DNA of 64,000 nucleotides from Pseudobdellovibrionaceae bacterium (GTDB taxonomy: Bacteria; Bdellovibrionota; Bdellovibrionia; Bdellovibrionales; UBA1609), in assembly GCA_015163855.1 (NCBI GenBank), contig JAAOIK010000007.1:28824-92823 (forward strand), in the 5' to 3' direction. The notes under the pieces are model-generated. The model saw nothing but the letters and a program-made list of their open reading frames with translations. It did not search any database and was not told where the DNA came from. The position numbers and the translations under genes were made by a program. Positions 29,123 to 39,289 of this stretch are shown piece after piece (position 1 is the first letter of the stretch; the number at the start of each line of letters is the position of its first letter).

Positions 29123-29935
29123 CTAATCCCACTCACAAAGCACAGGGCAATGATCCGAACCCAATTGCTTATTTAAAATATCTACTTTTTTAATTTTACT
29201 AGCTAGCTTTTTTGTACTGCAAATATAATCTAATCTCCATCCTTTATTATTTTGTCGGGCCAAACTACGATAAGACCACCAACTGTATTTGTCTTTTTTT
29301 TGCGGATATATACTACGATAAGAATCCACAAATCCTGAAGCTAAAAAAGTATCAAACCACTGCCTTTCTTCTGGCAAAAAACCACTAGTTTCTGCTAAGC
29401 GAACAGGGTCATGAATATCTATAGCTTTATGAGCAATATTATAATCCCCCACCACAATAATTTGTAAATTTTCTTGCATCTTTTTTTTCAAATGCTTTAA
29501 AAATTTTTTTAAAAATTCTTGTTTAAAATTGTGCCGCTCTTCAGAAGCTGCTCCATTGGGAAAATAAACATTATATAATAAAAATTTTTTATTATTTTTC
29601 GTGTATTCATGAATAATAAAACGGCCCTCTGTATCAAATTTTTTAATTCCAATGCCAAATGTGGTTTTAACATTACAAGCTAAATCGGACCGAATATAAC
29701 TAGCTACTCCAGAATAACCTTTTCGCTCGGCAGAAGACCAAATGGATTGGTAGTCGGCTTTTGCTAAAATTTCTTTACTCCATGTTGGAGATAATAACTC
29801 TGTGCTAAGCTGGTCTTCATGTGCTTTGCTTTCTTGAATGCATAAAAAATCAGGATTTTCTTTTTTTAAAAATTTTAAAAAACCTTTTTTTTCACACGCA
29901 CGAATACCATTAACATTCCAAGAAATAATTTTCAT
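29123..29935 (-). CDS. xthA: Exodeoxyribonuclease III
   Basis: MKIISWNVNGIRA, CIQESK, GDYNIAH and C-terminal SDHCPV are the ExoIII/AP endonuclease signature. Confidence 0.92.
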   Translation of the reverse strand: MKIISWNVNGIRACEKKGFLKFLKKENPDFLCIQESKAHEDQLSTELLSPTWSKEILAKADYQSIWSSAERKGYSGVASYIRSDLACNVKTTFGIGIKKFDTEGRFIIHEYTKNNKKFLLYNVYFPNGAASEERHNFKQEFLKKFLKHLKKKMQENLQIIVVGDYNIAHKAIDIHDPVRLAETSGFLPEERQWFDTFLASGFVDSYRSIYPQKKDKYSWWSYRSLARQNNKGWRLDYICSTKKLASKIKKVDILNKQLGSDHCPVLCEWD

Positions 29936-29966
29936 ATATAAACCTCAGCTCGGTAAAATCGGAATT

Positions 29967-32123
29967 CTATTTTCTTCCTAAAAAGTTATTTACCAATTTT
30001 TCAGGAACCGTGTTGTAATCTAAAAACTCCATCGAAAAAGAAGCTCTGCCTTGGCTTAAAGATCGAATTTGAGTAGCATATCCAAACAAATGATATAAAG
30101 GAACTTCTGCGGTTACAAAACTAAAATCCTCTTGCATTTCTGTGTTTTGAATTTTCCCTCTACGAGAATTTAAATCACCAATAATAGCTCCCATAAACTC
30201 TGCAGGACTACGAACTTCTAATTTAAAAATAGGCTCCATTAATACAGATTCATTATTTTTTAAAGCCTCTCTTAAAGCTAAGCTACTGGCCACTTTTACT
30301 GCCATTGCCGAGCTATCTTCTGTAATTTTTACTTCAATAACACGAACATTTACTCCTACTAAAGAATAACTAGCTAGTAAACCTGCCCCAGCAGCCTCTT
30401 TTAATCCATTTTCTAAATTTTCTAAAAATTCTGTAGAAAGATTTTTAGATACCGCTGATAAATCAATAAATAAAGGGCCGTTTTTTTTATTTACACTAAT
30501 TTCTAATTTTACTTTGGAATAATGTAGTTTTTCTGCAATTTCTTTTTCAAAAATAGCCTCCCCTGTGGAAGTTTTTGTAATACCTTCTCTAAAAGAAACT
30601 TGAGGAACTCCCGAGGTAACTTTAATTTTGTATTCTCTTAATAACCGATCTATTAAAATTTCTAAATGCAACTCCCCCATTCCATAAAGTAATAATTGAG
30701 AAGTTTCTGTATGGGTTTTAACTTGACAAGAAGGGTCTTCTTTTTGTAATTGCTCTAAGGCTTCTAGCATTTTTTTTTGATCTGCTGTGCTTTTTGCCTC
30801 AATGGCCACAGAAATTACAGGTAACGGAAGCATGATAGATTCCAAAACCACGGGCTTAGTTATTTCGCACAAAGTATCTCCTGTGCTACTAAATTTTAAA
30901 CCAATAACCGCCCCAATATCTCCCGCCTTTAATTCTTTTAACTCTTGCCGAGAATTAGAGTGCATTTTTACAATTTTATTAATTTTTTCTTTTTTTTGAG
31001 TACGAGGATTAAATACACTTTGCCCCTCTTTTAAACTTCCTGAATAAACACGAACATAAGTTAAGTATCCTGAAAAACTATCTTTAGCTAACTTAAATAC
31101 TAAAGCCACTGTGGGTGTTTTAAAATCGGTATGAACTAAAACTACTTCGGGCTTATCTTCTTTTTTTTGTAAACTGCGTAAAGAAAAAGATTGCGCTGGC
31201 GGTACATCTAAAGGGCTAGGCAAATAATCGATAATAGCATCTAATAAAGTTTGTATGCCTTTATTTTTAAAGGCAGAACCGCATAACACTGGAAAAATTT
31301 TTTGCTCACAAGTTAATTTGCGTATTAATGCCTTAATATCTTCTTCAGAAAAAACTCCTTCTGTTAAAAATTTTTCCATAAAATCTTCATCAAAATCCGA
31401 TAAGCTTTCTAATAGATTGTTGCGTGAGTCACTAACCTGTGATTCTAATTCCTTTAGTTCCAAATCCGACAACCCATAGTGTGTAGAAGAATCTCTTACT
31501 TCTTCTATGGAGTAAGCCTTATATTCTTTACCTAACTCCTCACTCTTCCAAAGTAGTATTTTTTCAGAAACCATATCATAAAAGCCTTTAAATTCGGACT
31601 CTTTACCAATGGGAATATGTAAAGCTAAAGCCTTTGCTTTTAATTTTTTTTCAATAGAGGCAATGCTAGATAAATAATTAGAACCCACCCTGTCCATTTT
31701 ATTAATAAAACAAATTCTTGGTACTTTGTAACGATTGGCTTGCCGCCAAACCGTTTCTGATTGTGCCTCTACCCCATTTACGCCATCAAATACTACCACT
31801 CCACCATCTAAAACTCTTAAAGACCTTTCTACCTCAATAGTAAAATCCACATGCCCTGGGGTATCAATGATATTAATCCATTTATTTTTCCAAAATAAAG
31901 AAGTGGCTGCAGAGGTAATAGTAATGCCTCGCTCTTGTTCTTGCTCCATCCAATCCATAATGGCGTTACCATCATGCACTTCTCCGATTTTATGGCTGCG
32001 ACCAGAATAATATAAAATTCTTTCGGTTATGGTGGTTTTTCCCGCGTCAATATGAGCCATTACGCCAATATTACGGAGCTGATTTACATCTTCTAGTTTT
32101 TTTAAAGTAAATAGAGCAGACAT
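29967..32123 (-). CDS. fusA: Elongation factor G family GTPase (stand-alone paralogue, not in a str operon)
   Basis: [42 protein letters not shown], and all five EF-G domains judged by length (718 aa). No rpsL/rpsG/tuf neighbours. Confidence 0.88.
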   Translation of the reverse strand: MSALFTLKKLEDVNQLRNIGVMAHIDAGKTTITERILYYSGRSHKIGEVHDGNAIMDWMEQEQERGITITSAATSLFWKNKWINIIDTPGHVDFTIEVERSLRVLDGGVVVFDGVNGVEAQSETVWRQANRYKVPRICFINKMDRVGSNYLSSIASIEKKLKAKALALHIPIGKESEFKGFYDMVSEKILLWKSEELGKEYKAYSIEEVRDSSTHYGLSDLELKELESQVSDSRNNLLESLSDFDEDFMEKFLTEGVFSEEDIKALIRKLTCEQKIFPVLCGSAFKNKGIQTLLDAIIDYLPSPLDVPPAQSFSLRSLQKKEDKPEVVLVHTDFKTPTVALVFKLAKDSFSGYLTYVRVYSGSLKEGQSVFNPRTQKKEKINKIVKMHSNSRQELKELKAGDIGAVIGLKFSSTGDTLCEITKPVVLESIMLPLPVISVAIEAKSTADQKKMLEALEQLQKEDPSCQVKTHTETSQLLLYGMGELHLEILIDRLLREYKIKVTSGVPQVSFREGITKTSTGEAIFEKEIAEKLHYSKVKLEISVNKKNGPLFIDLSAVSKNLSTEFLENLENGLKEAAGAGLLASYSLVGVNVRVIEVKITEDSSAMAVKVASSLALREALKNNESVLMEPIFKLEVRSPAEFMGAIIGDLNSRRGKIQNTEMQEDFSFVTAEVPLYHLFGYATQIRSLSQGRASFSMEFLDYNTVPEKLVNNFLGRK

Positions 32124-32208
32124 AACAAAAACTTTATAGCAAAAGTTAAACCTTAATAATTTCTTTTTAATGTTTAAAGCTTAAAAGTTTTAAACATTTT
32201 TTATTTAG

Positions 32209-32259
32209 CAATAGTGTTCTATTTCATTTACCAATAGTGTTCTATTTCATTTACCAATA
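32209..32259. repeat. 23-bp tandem duplication (2.2 copies) upstream of the EF-G paralogue
   Basis: CAATAGTGTTCTATTTCATTTAC at 32209-32231 and 32232-32254, followed by a partial CAATA. Confidence 0.9.
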
Positions 32260-32262
32260 CTA

Positions 32263-32706
32263 CTAATAAGAGTCCAAAACACTTGGAAAATTTTTATTTG
32301 CTTTTTTAATAAACTCTTTTTTGTTTACTAACCATTTATCTTTAATTCTTTTATCGTAGTTTAAATATAATTTATTATTATAAATATGCCACTGCAAAGG
32401 GTCTCCTTTTGCAGTTTTATTTTTAGCAACAGCCCAAGCACAATAACCACCGTACTGAGGAGCATACTTTTTAGGATTTACTTTAAACTTTTTTAAATTG
32501 TTGGCATTAGAAAAATGCCAAACCACACCATTATATTTTGTTTGGTATTTTTTGTTTCCCTTAACTGGTTTATTTTTAGAAAAGTAAGATACCGTATCAT
32601 AGCCTCCAACAGCTACATTAGAAAAAAAACTAGTGTATATTTCTGCTTTTTTAGCAAAAGCATCAATAGAAAAAAATAATAAAATAGAAAAAAGCCAAAT
32701 TTTCAT
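32263..32706 (-). CDS. Secreted YHS-domain protein
   Basis: Signal peptide MKIWLFSILLFFSIDAFA. GGYDTVSYF...KYQTKYNGVVWHFSNANNLKKFKVNPKKYAPQYGGYCAW resembles YHS/TRASH-type domains. Confidence 0.7.
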   Translation of the reverse strand: MKIWLFSILLFFSIDAFAKKAEIYTSFFSNVAVGGYDTVSYFSKNKPVKGNKKYQTKYNGVVWHFSNANNLKKFKVNPKKYAPQYGGYCAWAVAKNKTAKGDPLQWHIYNNKLYLNYDKRIKDKWLVNKKEFIKKANKNFPSVLDSY

Positions 32707-32777
32707 TTTACCCCCTAGGGTCTGTTGTTAAACGATAGAATAAAAGTATTTTCTTGGGAATACAACCACAAAAATAG

Positions 32778-33695
32778 TTATTCGCTAGTGGCTTGATGCT
32801 TAAGGGCTAAATAAAGTACTTTCAAAGCCTCTTTATTAGGGTTGTCTACGCTATGATACATATACAGCTTAGTAGAATAATCTAAAGACTTCACTAAAAT
32901 ATGATTTAACCTTCTGGTTCTTACTTGCTTTTTAATAGAGTGCGAGGGCAAAAAACCCCAGCCCATATTGGACTCAATCACTTTTTTTAAAGTTCCCACA
33001 TTGTCAGAAGTAAAAACAGAATTTAACTGTAGTTGAGCAGATTTTAACTGTTTATTTAATTGAACTTTAAATTGAGGGTACAAATCAGAAAACACAACCA
33101 TGGGGCGACTAGATAGTTCTGCTACCTCTATGGCTCCTTTAGTCATTGATTCCTTTCCAGAACCCACTAACCAAATGTCATCTTCAATCAAAAATTGCGA
33201 TTGAAATTGGCTTAACTCAAAACCGGCTTCCGCTCTTAAATCAGGCAAAATACTAACATCTACATCACCATTTCTCATAGAGTTTACCACTTGGTTATAA
33301 GACCCATACATTAAATTAATTTTTAACTTTGGATTATTTCTTAACAAAAGACCAATGATAGGGCTTACCAAGTACAAACCCAAAGAGTTTATAGTAGCAA
33401 TGCGGAGGTCTCCCGACATATTACCACTAACGGTTTTCATAGCCGCTTTTGCCTGATGACTTAAATTTAAAATTTGTTTTGCATAATCAAATAATAATTG
33501 AGCCTGCACAGTAGGGCTAACCATCTTACTACCTCTTTCTAGCAGGCGGACACCCAATTGTTGTTCTAAACTCTTAATTTGTTGGCTAACTGCAGGTTGA
33601 GTTAAAGATAATTTATTGCCAGCAGCGGTCATGCTACCCTCTGTTAAGACGGTACAAAAAGTAACTAAATGCTGTAAGTTCAAAGGCCCATTCAT
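32778..33695 (-). CDS. LysR-family transcriptional regulator
   Basis: N-terminal wHTH LQHLVTFCTVLTEGSMTAAGNKLSLTQPAVSQQIKSLEQQLGVRLLER plus a roughly 200-aa substrate-binding domain. It is divergent from the S8 protease gene. Confidence 0.9.
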   Translation of the reverse strand: MNGPLNLQHLVTFCTVLTEGSMTAAGNKLSLTQPAVSQQIKSLEQQLGVRLLERGSKMVSPTVQAQLLFDYAKQILNLSHQAKAAMKTVSGNMSGDLRIATINSLGLYLVSPIIGLLLRNNPKLKINLMYGSYNQVVNSMRNGDVDVSILPDLRAEAGFELSQFQSQFLIEDDIWLVGSGKESMTKGAIEVAELSSRPMVVFSDLYPQFKVQLNKQLKSAQLQLNSVFTSDNVGTLKKVIESNMGWGFLPSHSIKKQVRTRRLNHILVKSLDYSTKLYMYHSVDNPNKEALKVLYLALKHQATSE

Positions 33696-33704
33696 CTCTT
33701 TGAG

Positions 33705-33721
33705 TATAAACTTTTTTTATA
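33705..33721. promoter_or_regulatory. LTTR-box-like dyad (T-N11-A) in the lysR / S8 protease divergent region
   Basis: TATAAActtttTTTATA has 6-bp perfect inverted arms and contains ATAAAC-N-TTTAT with T-N11-A spacing. A second perfect palindrome, CTTTATAAAG, lies at 33737-33746. Confidence 0.3.
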
Positions 33722-33855
33722 AAAAAGCAAAACTTTCTTTATAAAGAGGAGTCCTACTGTTTGTAAATTCATTTTGACTACCTATTTACTATGTAAAAAA
33801 TATAAAAAAACAGTATTCCCTTTATCTCTATATAATTTTTAGCTAACTATAGGTA

Positions 33856-35352
33856 ATGAAAGCTATTTTTTTATTTCTTTGTATATATATCGGTGGGTTT
33901 ATTAACAACACTTATGCAAACACAATAAACGACTATCCTTTTTACTTACAAAATACATTACAAACCTTAGGTTGCCATAACCTAAAAGGTAAGCACCTAC
34001 ATGTTCAAAATTTTTATAAACATAATTATGAGGCAGAAAACCTAGGCAACATAGATTATGTGTTAAATAAAAGTGCTTTTGAAAGCAATCCTTTCCACTC
34101 AAAGATTTTACAAAAAGGTGCTGCTTTAAATTATCAATTTTTTACACCCTTTAATAAAAAAGAATCCTTCCAAAATTCCTATAACTGGGTGTTGTTTTAC
34201 AATTTACAATTACCTAAATATTCTATTGTAGAACAAGATGTTACTAGTATAAATCTTTACCCAAAAGAATTGGGAGAACATCGCTTGTTTTTTATTCAAA
34301 AAAATACAGAAACAAATTGCTCAATTTCTAAGGTCAGCTCATTTTATGTTACAGATAATCCCGATTATGCTGTCACTACAGAAAAAAAATTTCAAAAAGC
34401 TTTTACCTGTTATCAAACACTACCTTTACAGAAAAAAAAACCTTACTGCGATACACTCCCCTCGCTAAAAGAACTTTATCATTTACAACAAATTGATGCG
34501 CCAAAGGCTTGGACAATTAGCACCGGTAAGGGCATTAAAGTGGCCCTTATTGATACCGGAGTAAACTACTTACACCCCTATCTCAAAGAACAAATTATTA
34601 CCTCTAAAGATAATTCTTTTAAAGGGCCTTATGACTTTGAGTTTGCAGACTCTTTTGCTTTTGACGAACAAGGGCATGGTAGCCAAATGGCGGGCTTTAT
34701 CTCCTCTGCTTTTGGAGTAGCTCCAGAAGCAAAAGTACTAACTATAAAAATTAACCCAAAAAATACCGAGCACATTATTAACGCACTAAAAATTAGTTTA
34801 AAAAATCGCGTTCATATTATAAATTTATCTTTAGTCTTTGCTAAACAAGAAGTAAACATAACAAAGGCTTTAAGAAAAGAATTAATACAAGTTTTGGATC
34901 AATTGCTAGAGCAAGATATTTTAGTAGTGCAGGCTGCAGGCAATCACAGCCAAGATTTAGATAACCCAGAGTATCAACATTTCTTTTCTCAATTTAACTA
35001 TCCCAATTGGGTAAAGGTTGCAGCCTATAATGAAAATTTTAAACGCGCCAGTTACTCTAACTATTCTAATCACAAAGTGGATGTAATGGCTCCGGGAGGA
35101 AGTGTTAATAAGCCTCTTCTTTCTACCTTTATGGGTAATAACCAAAAAATTTTATTAGCCAGTAATAACGGAACCTCACAAGCGGCTGCAATTACCAGTG
35201 GCATCGCGGCCTTAATTAGAAGTCATAAGCCAAACCTAAGTGCATTAGAGGTAAAAAATATTTTACTTAACTCTGGTACTTTTTCAAAAAATTTGTCTTT
35301 AGAAGTAAAATCTAGCCGTACATTAAATGCATGGAATGCTTTAACGCAGTAA
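33856..35352 (+). CDS. Secreted subtilisin-family (S8) serine peptidase with a roughly 215-aa N-terminal domain of unknown function
   Basis: Signal peptide. Catalytic triad contexts VALIDTGV (Asp), GHGSQMAG (His) and NGTSQAAAITSG (Ser). Confidence 0.88.
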   Translation: MKAIFLFLCIYIGGFINNTYANTINDYPFYLQNTLQTLGCHNLKGKHLHVQNFYKHNYEAENLGNIDYVLNKSAFESNPFHSKILQKGAALNYQFFTPFNKKESFQNSYNWVLFYNLQLPKYSIVEQDVTSINLYPKELGEHRLFFIQKNTETNCSISKVSSFYVTDNPDYAVTTEKKFQKAFTCYQTLPLQKKKPYCDTLPSLKELYHLQQIDAPKAWTISTGKGIKVALIDTGVNYLHPYLKEQIITSKDNSFKGPYDFEFADSFAFDEQGHGSQMAGFISSAFGVAPEAKVLTIKINPKNTEHIINALKISLKNRVHIINLSLVFAKQEVNITKALRKELIQVLDQLLEQDILVVQAAGNHSQDLDNPEYQHFFSQFNYPNWVKVAAYNENFKRASYSNYSNHKVDVMAPGGSVNKPLLSTFMGNNQKILLASNNGTSQAAAITSGIAALIRSHKPNLSALEVKNILLNSGTFSKNLSLEVKSSRTLNAWNALTQ

Positions 35353-35353
35353 T

Positions 35354-36052
35354 TTAAAACTTACGCTTTTTGTACCAAACTAAAATAGCTGCACATAATA
35401 AAAATAATAACCCTATTATTTTACCTTTAGTATTTTTCTTTTTTTGCAATACAGGCTCATTAGGGATATTAATGTTATTGGATAATAGTTCTGCTACAGG
35501 AGCCCCTAAGCTTTCATTAACCCCTCTAAGCTCGCCAGGCCTAAATTTACTGCTTCCTTGATTTACTAACCGTAAACTTTGAATGGATTTAATAAATCCA
35601 TTACTATATTTAGTGTAAAAATTTTTGTGTGAACTAAAAGTTACTAAAATGGCAATGTTTCCATGAGTGGTAGCTAAATACCTCGTCCAAAAATTTAAAG
35701 ACTCACTACCTTGGTGCAAGGAGTCTATCCATAAATGATGATTAATTTTTCGCTGCGAAACATTTAAAATTTTAGACACCTTAGGGCCAGAAGTCGTTTT
35801 TATAGTTACTGGCTTTCCTAAATAAGTTTCATACAAACTTAAAGAATCTGTAGGCCCCTTCTCTTTTGCAGTTAAAATAATAATAGCTGTATTAACCCCT
35901 CTACTTTTAGAAGAATTAGTACAAACCCAAGATGTGTTTTCTAACTTACAACTCCACTTTTTACTCAATTCAAAACTGACATAAGAATTGCGAAAAATTT
36001 TTGCCTGCGCAGTAAAAGAAAATAATAAAATGACAACTATTATTTTATACAT
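35354..36052 (-). CDS. Hypothetical exported protein with a C-terminal membrane anchor
   Basis: Signal peptide MYKIIVVILLFSFTAQA. C-terminal TM plus basic stop-transfer (IIGLLFLLCAAILVWYKKRKF). GAGGA Shine-Dalgarno upstream. Same strand and immediately downstream of the M16 pair. Confidence 0.65.
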   Translation of the reverse strand: MYKIIVVILLFSFTAQAKIFRNSYVSFELSKKWSCKLENTSWVCTNSSKSRGVNTAIIILTAKEKGPTDSLSLYETYLGKPVTIKTTSGPKVSKILNVSQRKINHHLWIDSLHQGSESLNFWTRYLATTHGNIAILVTFSSHKNFYTKYSNGFIKSIQSLRLVNQGSSKFRPGELRGVNESLGAPVAELLSNNINIPNEPVLQKKKNTKGKIIGLLFLLCAAILVWYKKRKF

Positions 36053-36060
36053 AAATGTTC

Positions 36061-36090
36061 CTCGTTAGTACTCATTAGTACTCGTTAGTA
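36061..36090. repeat. 10-bp x 3 tandem repeat spanning the M16B stop codon
   Basis: CTCGTTAGTA CTCATTAGTA CTCGTTAGTA. The third copy contains the TAA stop (36085-36087, minus strand) of the upstream peptidase gene. Confidence 0.85.
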
Positions 36091-37605
36091 AGAAATGCCT
36101 TTATAATCTATTATCTTCATGCCTTTATGGGAAGGAAAATTTTTAGAAAAAGAATTTATCTGTTCTGTTATTGTAAACTCACTTTTATTTTTAGGATTAG
36201 CTTCTCCCCCTTTAGAATCTTTATTAGCTAAAACAAAAATTTTCATGCTATTTGGGTTAAAGTATTTTTTAATAACTTTATTTACTTCTGCTAAACTTAC
36301 TGACCGAACTCTGTTGGCAAAAGTTTCAAAATGCTCTACAGGGTTTTTACCAATACCAGATAAACTTAAATAAGATTCCATTAAATTTTCTTTTTTTTCT
36401 AAAGAACTAAATAAACTATTACTATAATACAATTTTGCAAAATCTAACTCTGCCTGACTAACTCCGTTATTATAAAAATTAGTGATTTCTTCAAAGGTAA
36501 CGTTTAATAATTTTCCCAAACTTCCTTGGTTAGTACTAGAAACTATCTGAAAAGTTCCTAGCTCTTTTAAAAAAGAAAAATAAGAATAGATGCCATAAGT
36601 AAGCCCTTCTTTTTTTCTTACTCTATCCATTAATCTAGAATTAAAGCCCCCTGCACCTAAACTAAAATTGGCTAATCTTACCGCCAAACTATCTGGGTGC
36701 CCCGAAAATAAATTTACGGGCATACCAATAATAACATTGGCCTGCGTAGAGTCGCCCTTATTAACTAAAGTTACAGGCGAGCTAAAAGTGTTTTGGTTTT
36801 CTGTTAACACAGACCGAGGAACACCTTTAGTCTTCCAAGTAGAAAACTTTTTAATCACTGCTTGTTTTAATTCTTCGCTATACTGCCCTAAAACTAATAA
36901 GCTAGCTGATGCAGGTTGATAATGTTTGTGATAAAACTCTTTTAAGTGCGTACTTGTTAAAGATTTAATACTTTGTCTAGACTCGCTTTTGTACACAGCC
37001 CCTTTATAAGAAAAGTCTTCAAATACAGTTTGCAAAAAATTGTTTGGAACATTAGGTAATCGCTCTAATTCTGCTAAAAAAATTTTTTTTTCTTTTTGCC
37101 ATTCTGAATCTAAAAAAATAGAGTCACTTAGTAAGTTCCAGTATAAGCGCATTAATTCTATACCATTTTTTGCAAGCCCGGAGGATTGAACCCAAGAAAA
37201 TTCTTGGTCTGCATTCGCTAAAAAAGATGCGCCCAATTTATCTAAATTATTTAAAATGGCTTCTCGGCTTAAGGAGGTAGTTCCTTTGTCTAATAAGCCT
37301 GCAACGGCTTCGCTAGTACCCGCTATGGAGTCAAATCGTTTTCCGGCATTTAACCGCAAGTTAAAGTGAATATAGGGTAAGTCATCTTTCATAAAAATAA
37401 CTTGTAGTTGATTATCTAAAGTTACCACTTCGTGAGGAGGTAATTTATAATTTATTTTGCTAGATTTTTGTTTAATCTCGGTAATAATTTTTTCTAGCAA
37501 CATAGAAGAGCCTTTGGATTTATTTTGTACTAAGCTTGTTTTGTTCGAACAAGAAGAAAAATATAAAGCCAAGCTTAATATTAGTATTTTTTTTAGCATA
37601 ATCAA
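36085..37605 (-). CDS. M16-family peptidase, non-catalytic (beta-type) subunit, lipoprotein
   Basis: Lipobox LALYFSSCS. M16 fold by length and pairing with the upstream gene. It lacks the HxxEH zinc motif. Confidence 0.75.
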   Translation of the reverse strand: MIMLKKILILSLALYFSSCSNKTSLVQNKSKGSSMLLEKIITEIKQKSSKINYKLPPHEVVTLDNQLQVIFMKDDLPYIHFNLRLNAGKRFDSIAGTSEAVAGLLDKGTTSLSREAILNNLDKLGASFLANADQEFSWVQSSGLAKNGIELMRLYWNLLSDSIFLDSEWQKEKKIFLAELERLPNVPNNFLQTVFEDFSYKGAVYKSESRQSIKSLTSTHLKEFYHKHYQPASASLLVLGQYSEELKQAVIKKFSTWKTKGVPRSVLTENQNTFSSPVTLVNKGDSTQANVIIGMPVNLFSGHPDSLAVRLANFSLGAGGFNSRLMDRVRKKEGLTYGIYSYFSFLKELGTFQIVSSTNQGSLGKLLNVTFEEITNFYNNGVSQAELDFAKLYYSNSLFSSLEKKENLMESYLSLSGIGKNPVEHFETFANRVRSVSLAEVNKVIKKYFNPNSMKIFVLANKDSKGGEANPKNKSEFTITEQINSFSKNFPSHKGMKIIDYKGISY

Positions 37606-37639
37606 ACCTTTTCTTATTATTTAGTTAACCCTACTGTAT

Positions 37640-39235
37640 TTAAAGCTGCCCGTCTTTATGATTTGCTACTCGCTCATCACTGGTTAAGGCTTGCACTAAA
37701 ACTCTTTTACTTAATTGTAAATATTTTTTTGCAACTTTTTGAATATCTTTTACCGTTACTAAATTGTATTTATCTAATTGTGTAAAAAAATGTTGATAAT
37801 TGCCTTCAAGCACTTCGGCAGTAATCAGACCCATTGTTTTATTGTGTACGGTTTTTAACCCCTCCACTTCTTCCATCTGTAGTCGGTTTTTAGAAATGGT
37901 TAATTCTTCCTCAGAAACACCATTAACTTGCAAATTTTTAATTTCTTTTTCAATAATACTCAAAACTTCTTTAACAGAAGATTTTGGCAAAATATTAGCT
38001 CCAAAATATAAAATACCCGCTTTATCTAAGGGGTAATTTCCAGCATAAATGCTACTAACTAAATTTTTTTGAACATCTATGGTTTTATCTAATCTAGCCG
38101 CAGGACCGCCAGATAAAATACTCATTAAAAGATCTAATGCAGGCTTGTCATTATGACTTATAAAAACCCCTGGGTAACTCATAACAAACTGTGACTGTAA
38201 AACGGTTTTTAATTTATATTTATTATTGTTTAATTGCTTTTCTTTTTGAATATCTTTAAAAAAGATATTTGTGTTTTTTACCAATTGTGGCTCTACAAAA
38301 GAAGGACTATTAATTTTATTTTTTGGTATATGCCCATAATATTGTTTAATCCATTTTTTTGCCTGTGCAGAGTTAAAATCTCCGCCGATAGCAACAACAA
38401 TGTTGTTAGGGCTATAGTATTTTGTATAAAATGCTTGAAAATCCTCCACGGTGGATTTGTTAATATCCTTCATGCTGCCAATAATAGAGTGACCATAGCC
38501 TGAACCTTTGTACACAACCTTTAACAAAGATTGAAACATTAAGGCTCCAATACTACTTTCTCCTCGAAGCTTTTCATCAGTAACCGCACCTCTTTCGCTA
38601 TTAATTAAAGCTTCTGCTTGAGCTCTTTTAGCAGGGTCAAACAATATCAACTTTTCCATTCTTTCTGCTTCAAAACGAACAGCCCATTCTAGTTGCGCAC
38701 TAGATAAATCCATATAATAAACGGTAGAATCATAATTGGTAAATGCATTATTTCTTCCGCCTAATATAGATGTGGTAATTTCTAACTCTTCGGAGCTAAT
38801 ATTTTTTGTGCCTTTAAATAACAGGTGTTCAAAAAAATGCGCATAACCCGTTTGTCCCTTAGGCTCATAACGAGAGCCCACCTTTACCCACTGTATATAA
38901 GTTAATAAAGTGGGGGTTGTGTGATCTTCATACAGCAATACTGTTAGCCCGTTGTCTAACACTAATTTTTCTACATTTAAATTCAATATAGCTCCTGCTG
39001 ACGATAGTTTTCTATTTTGTACTGTTTTCTTTGTTAAATTAGTTATTGCTTTTTTTTTGTAAGAAGTGTGTAAAAAGGCAGTGTTGTTTACACCAATAGT
39101 TGCTACATTAAAAGTACGGTTTATCCAATAGCTTGCGCCAACTACTCCTGTGAATAAAAAAATAAAAGTAAATATGTATTTTTTTTTGTTACTTTTTTTT
39201 TTATTTTTTGCTACTAATCGATTATAATTTTGCAT
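37640..39235 (-). CDS. M16-family zinc peptidase (pitrilysin-like, catalytic subunit)
   Basis: Inverted zinc motif HFFEHLLFKG, a downstream E (RGAVTDE region), and an N-terminal membrane anchor YIFTFIFLFTGVVGASYW. Confidence 0.85.
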   Translation of the reverse strand: MQNYNRLVAKNKKKSNKKKYIFTFIFLFTGVVGASYWINRTFNVATIGVNNTAFLHTSYKKKAITNLTKKTVQNRKLSSAGAILNLNVEKLVLDNGLTVLLYEDHTTPTLLTYIQWVKVGSRYEPKGQTGYAHFFEHLLFKGTKNISSEELEITTSILGGRNNAFTNYDSTVYYMDLSSAQLEWAVRFEAERMEKLILFDPAKRAQAEALINSERGAVTDEKLRGESSIGALMFQSLLKVVYKGSGYGHSIIGSMKDINKSTVEDFQAFYTKYYSPNNIVVAIGGDFNSAQAKKWIKQYYGHIPKNKINSPSFVEPQLVKNTNIFFKDIQKEKQLNNNKYKLKTVLQSQFVMSYPGVFISHNDKPALDLLMSILSGGPAARLDKTIDVQKNLVSSIYAGNYPLDKAGILYFGANILPKSSVKEVLSIIEKEIKNLQVNGVSEEELTISKNRLQMEEVEGLKTVHNKTMGLITAEVLEGNYQHFFTQLDKYNLVTVKDIQKVAKKYLQLSKRVLVQALTSDERVANHKDGQL

Positions 39236-39289
39236 AAATCTTTACTCTCTTTTACCAATAAGTTTTTAAACTATCAATAATTTTAAAGC

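Noticed and set aside
32170-32197. Hairpin ATGTTTAAA-N10-TTTAAACAT followed by a T-run, resembling a plus-strand terminator
   Set aside because: There is no plus-strand gene upstream of it. The stem is almost all A:T. On the minus strand, where the YHS gene ends, there is no U-tract after it. I judged it too weak to call.
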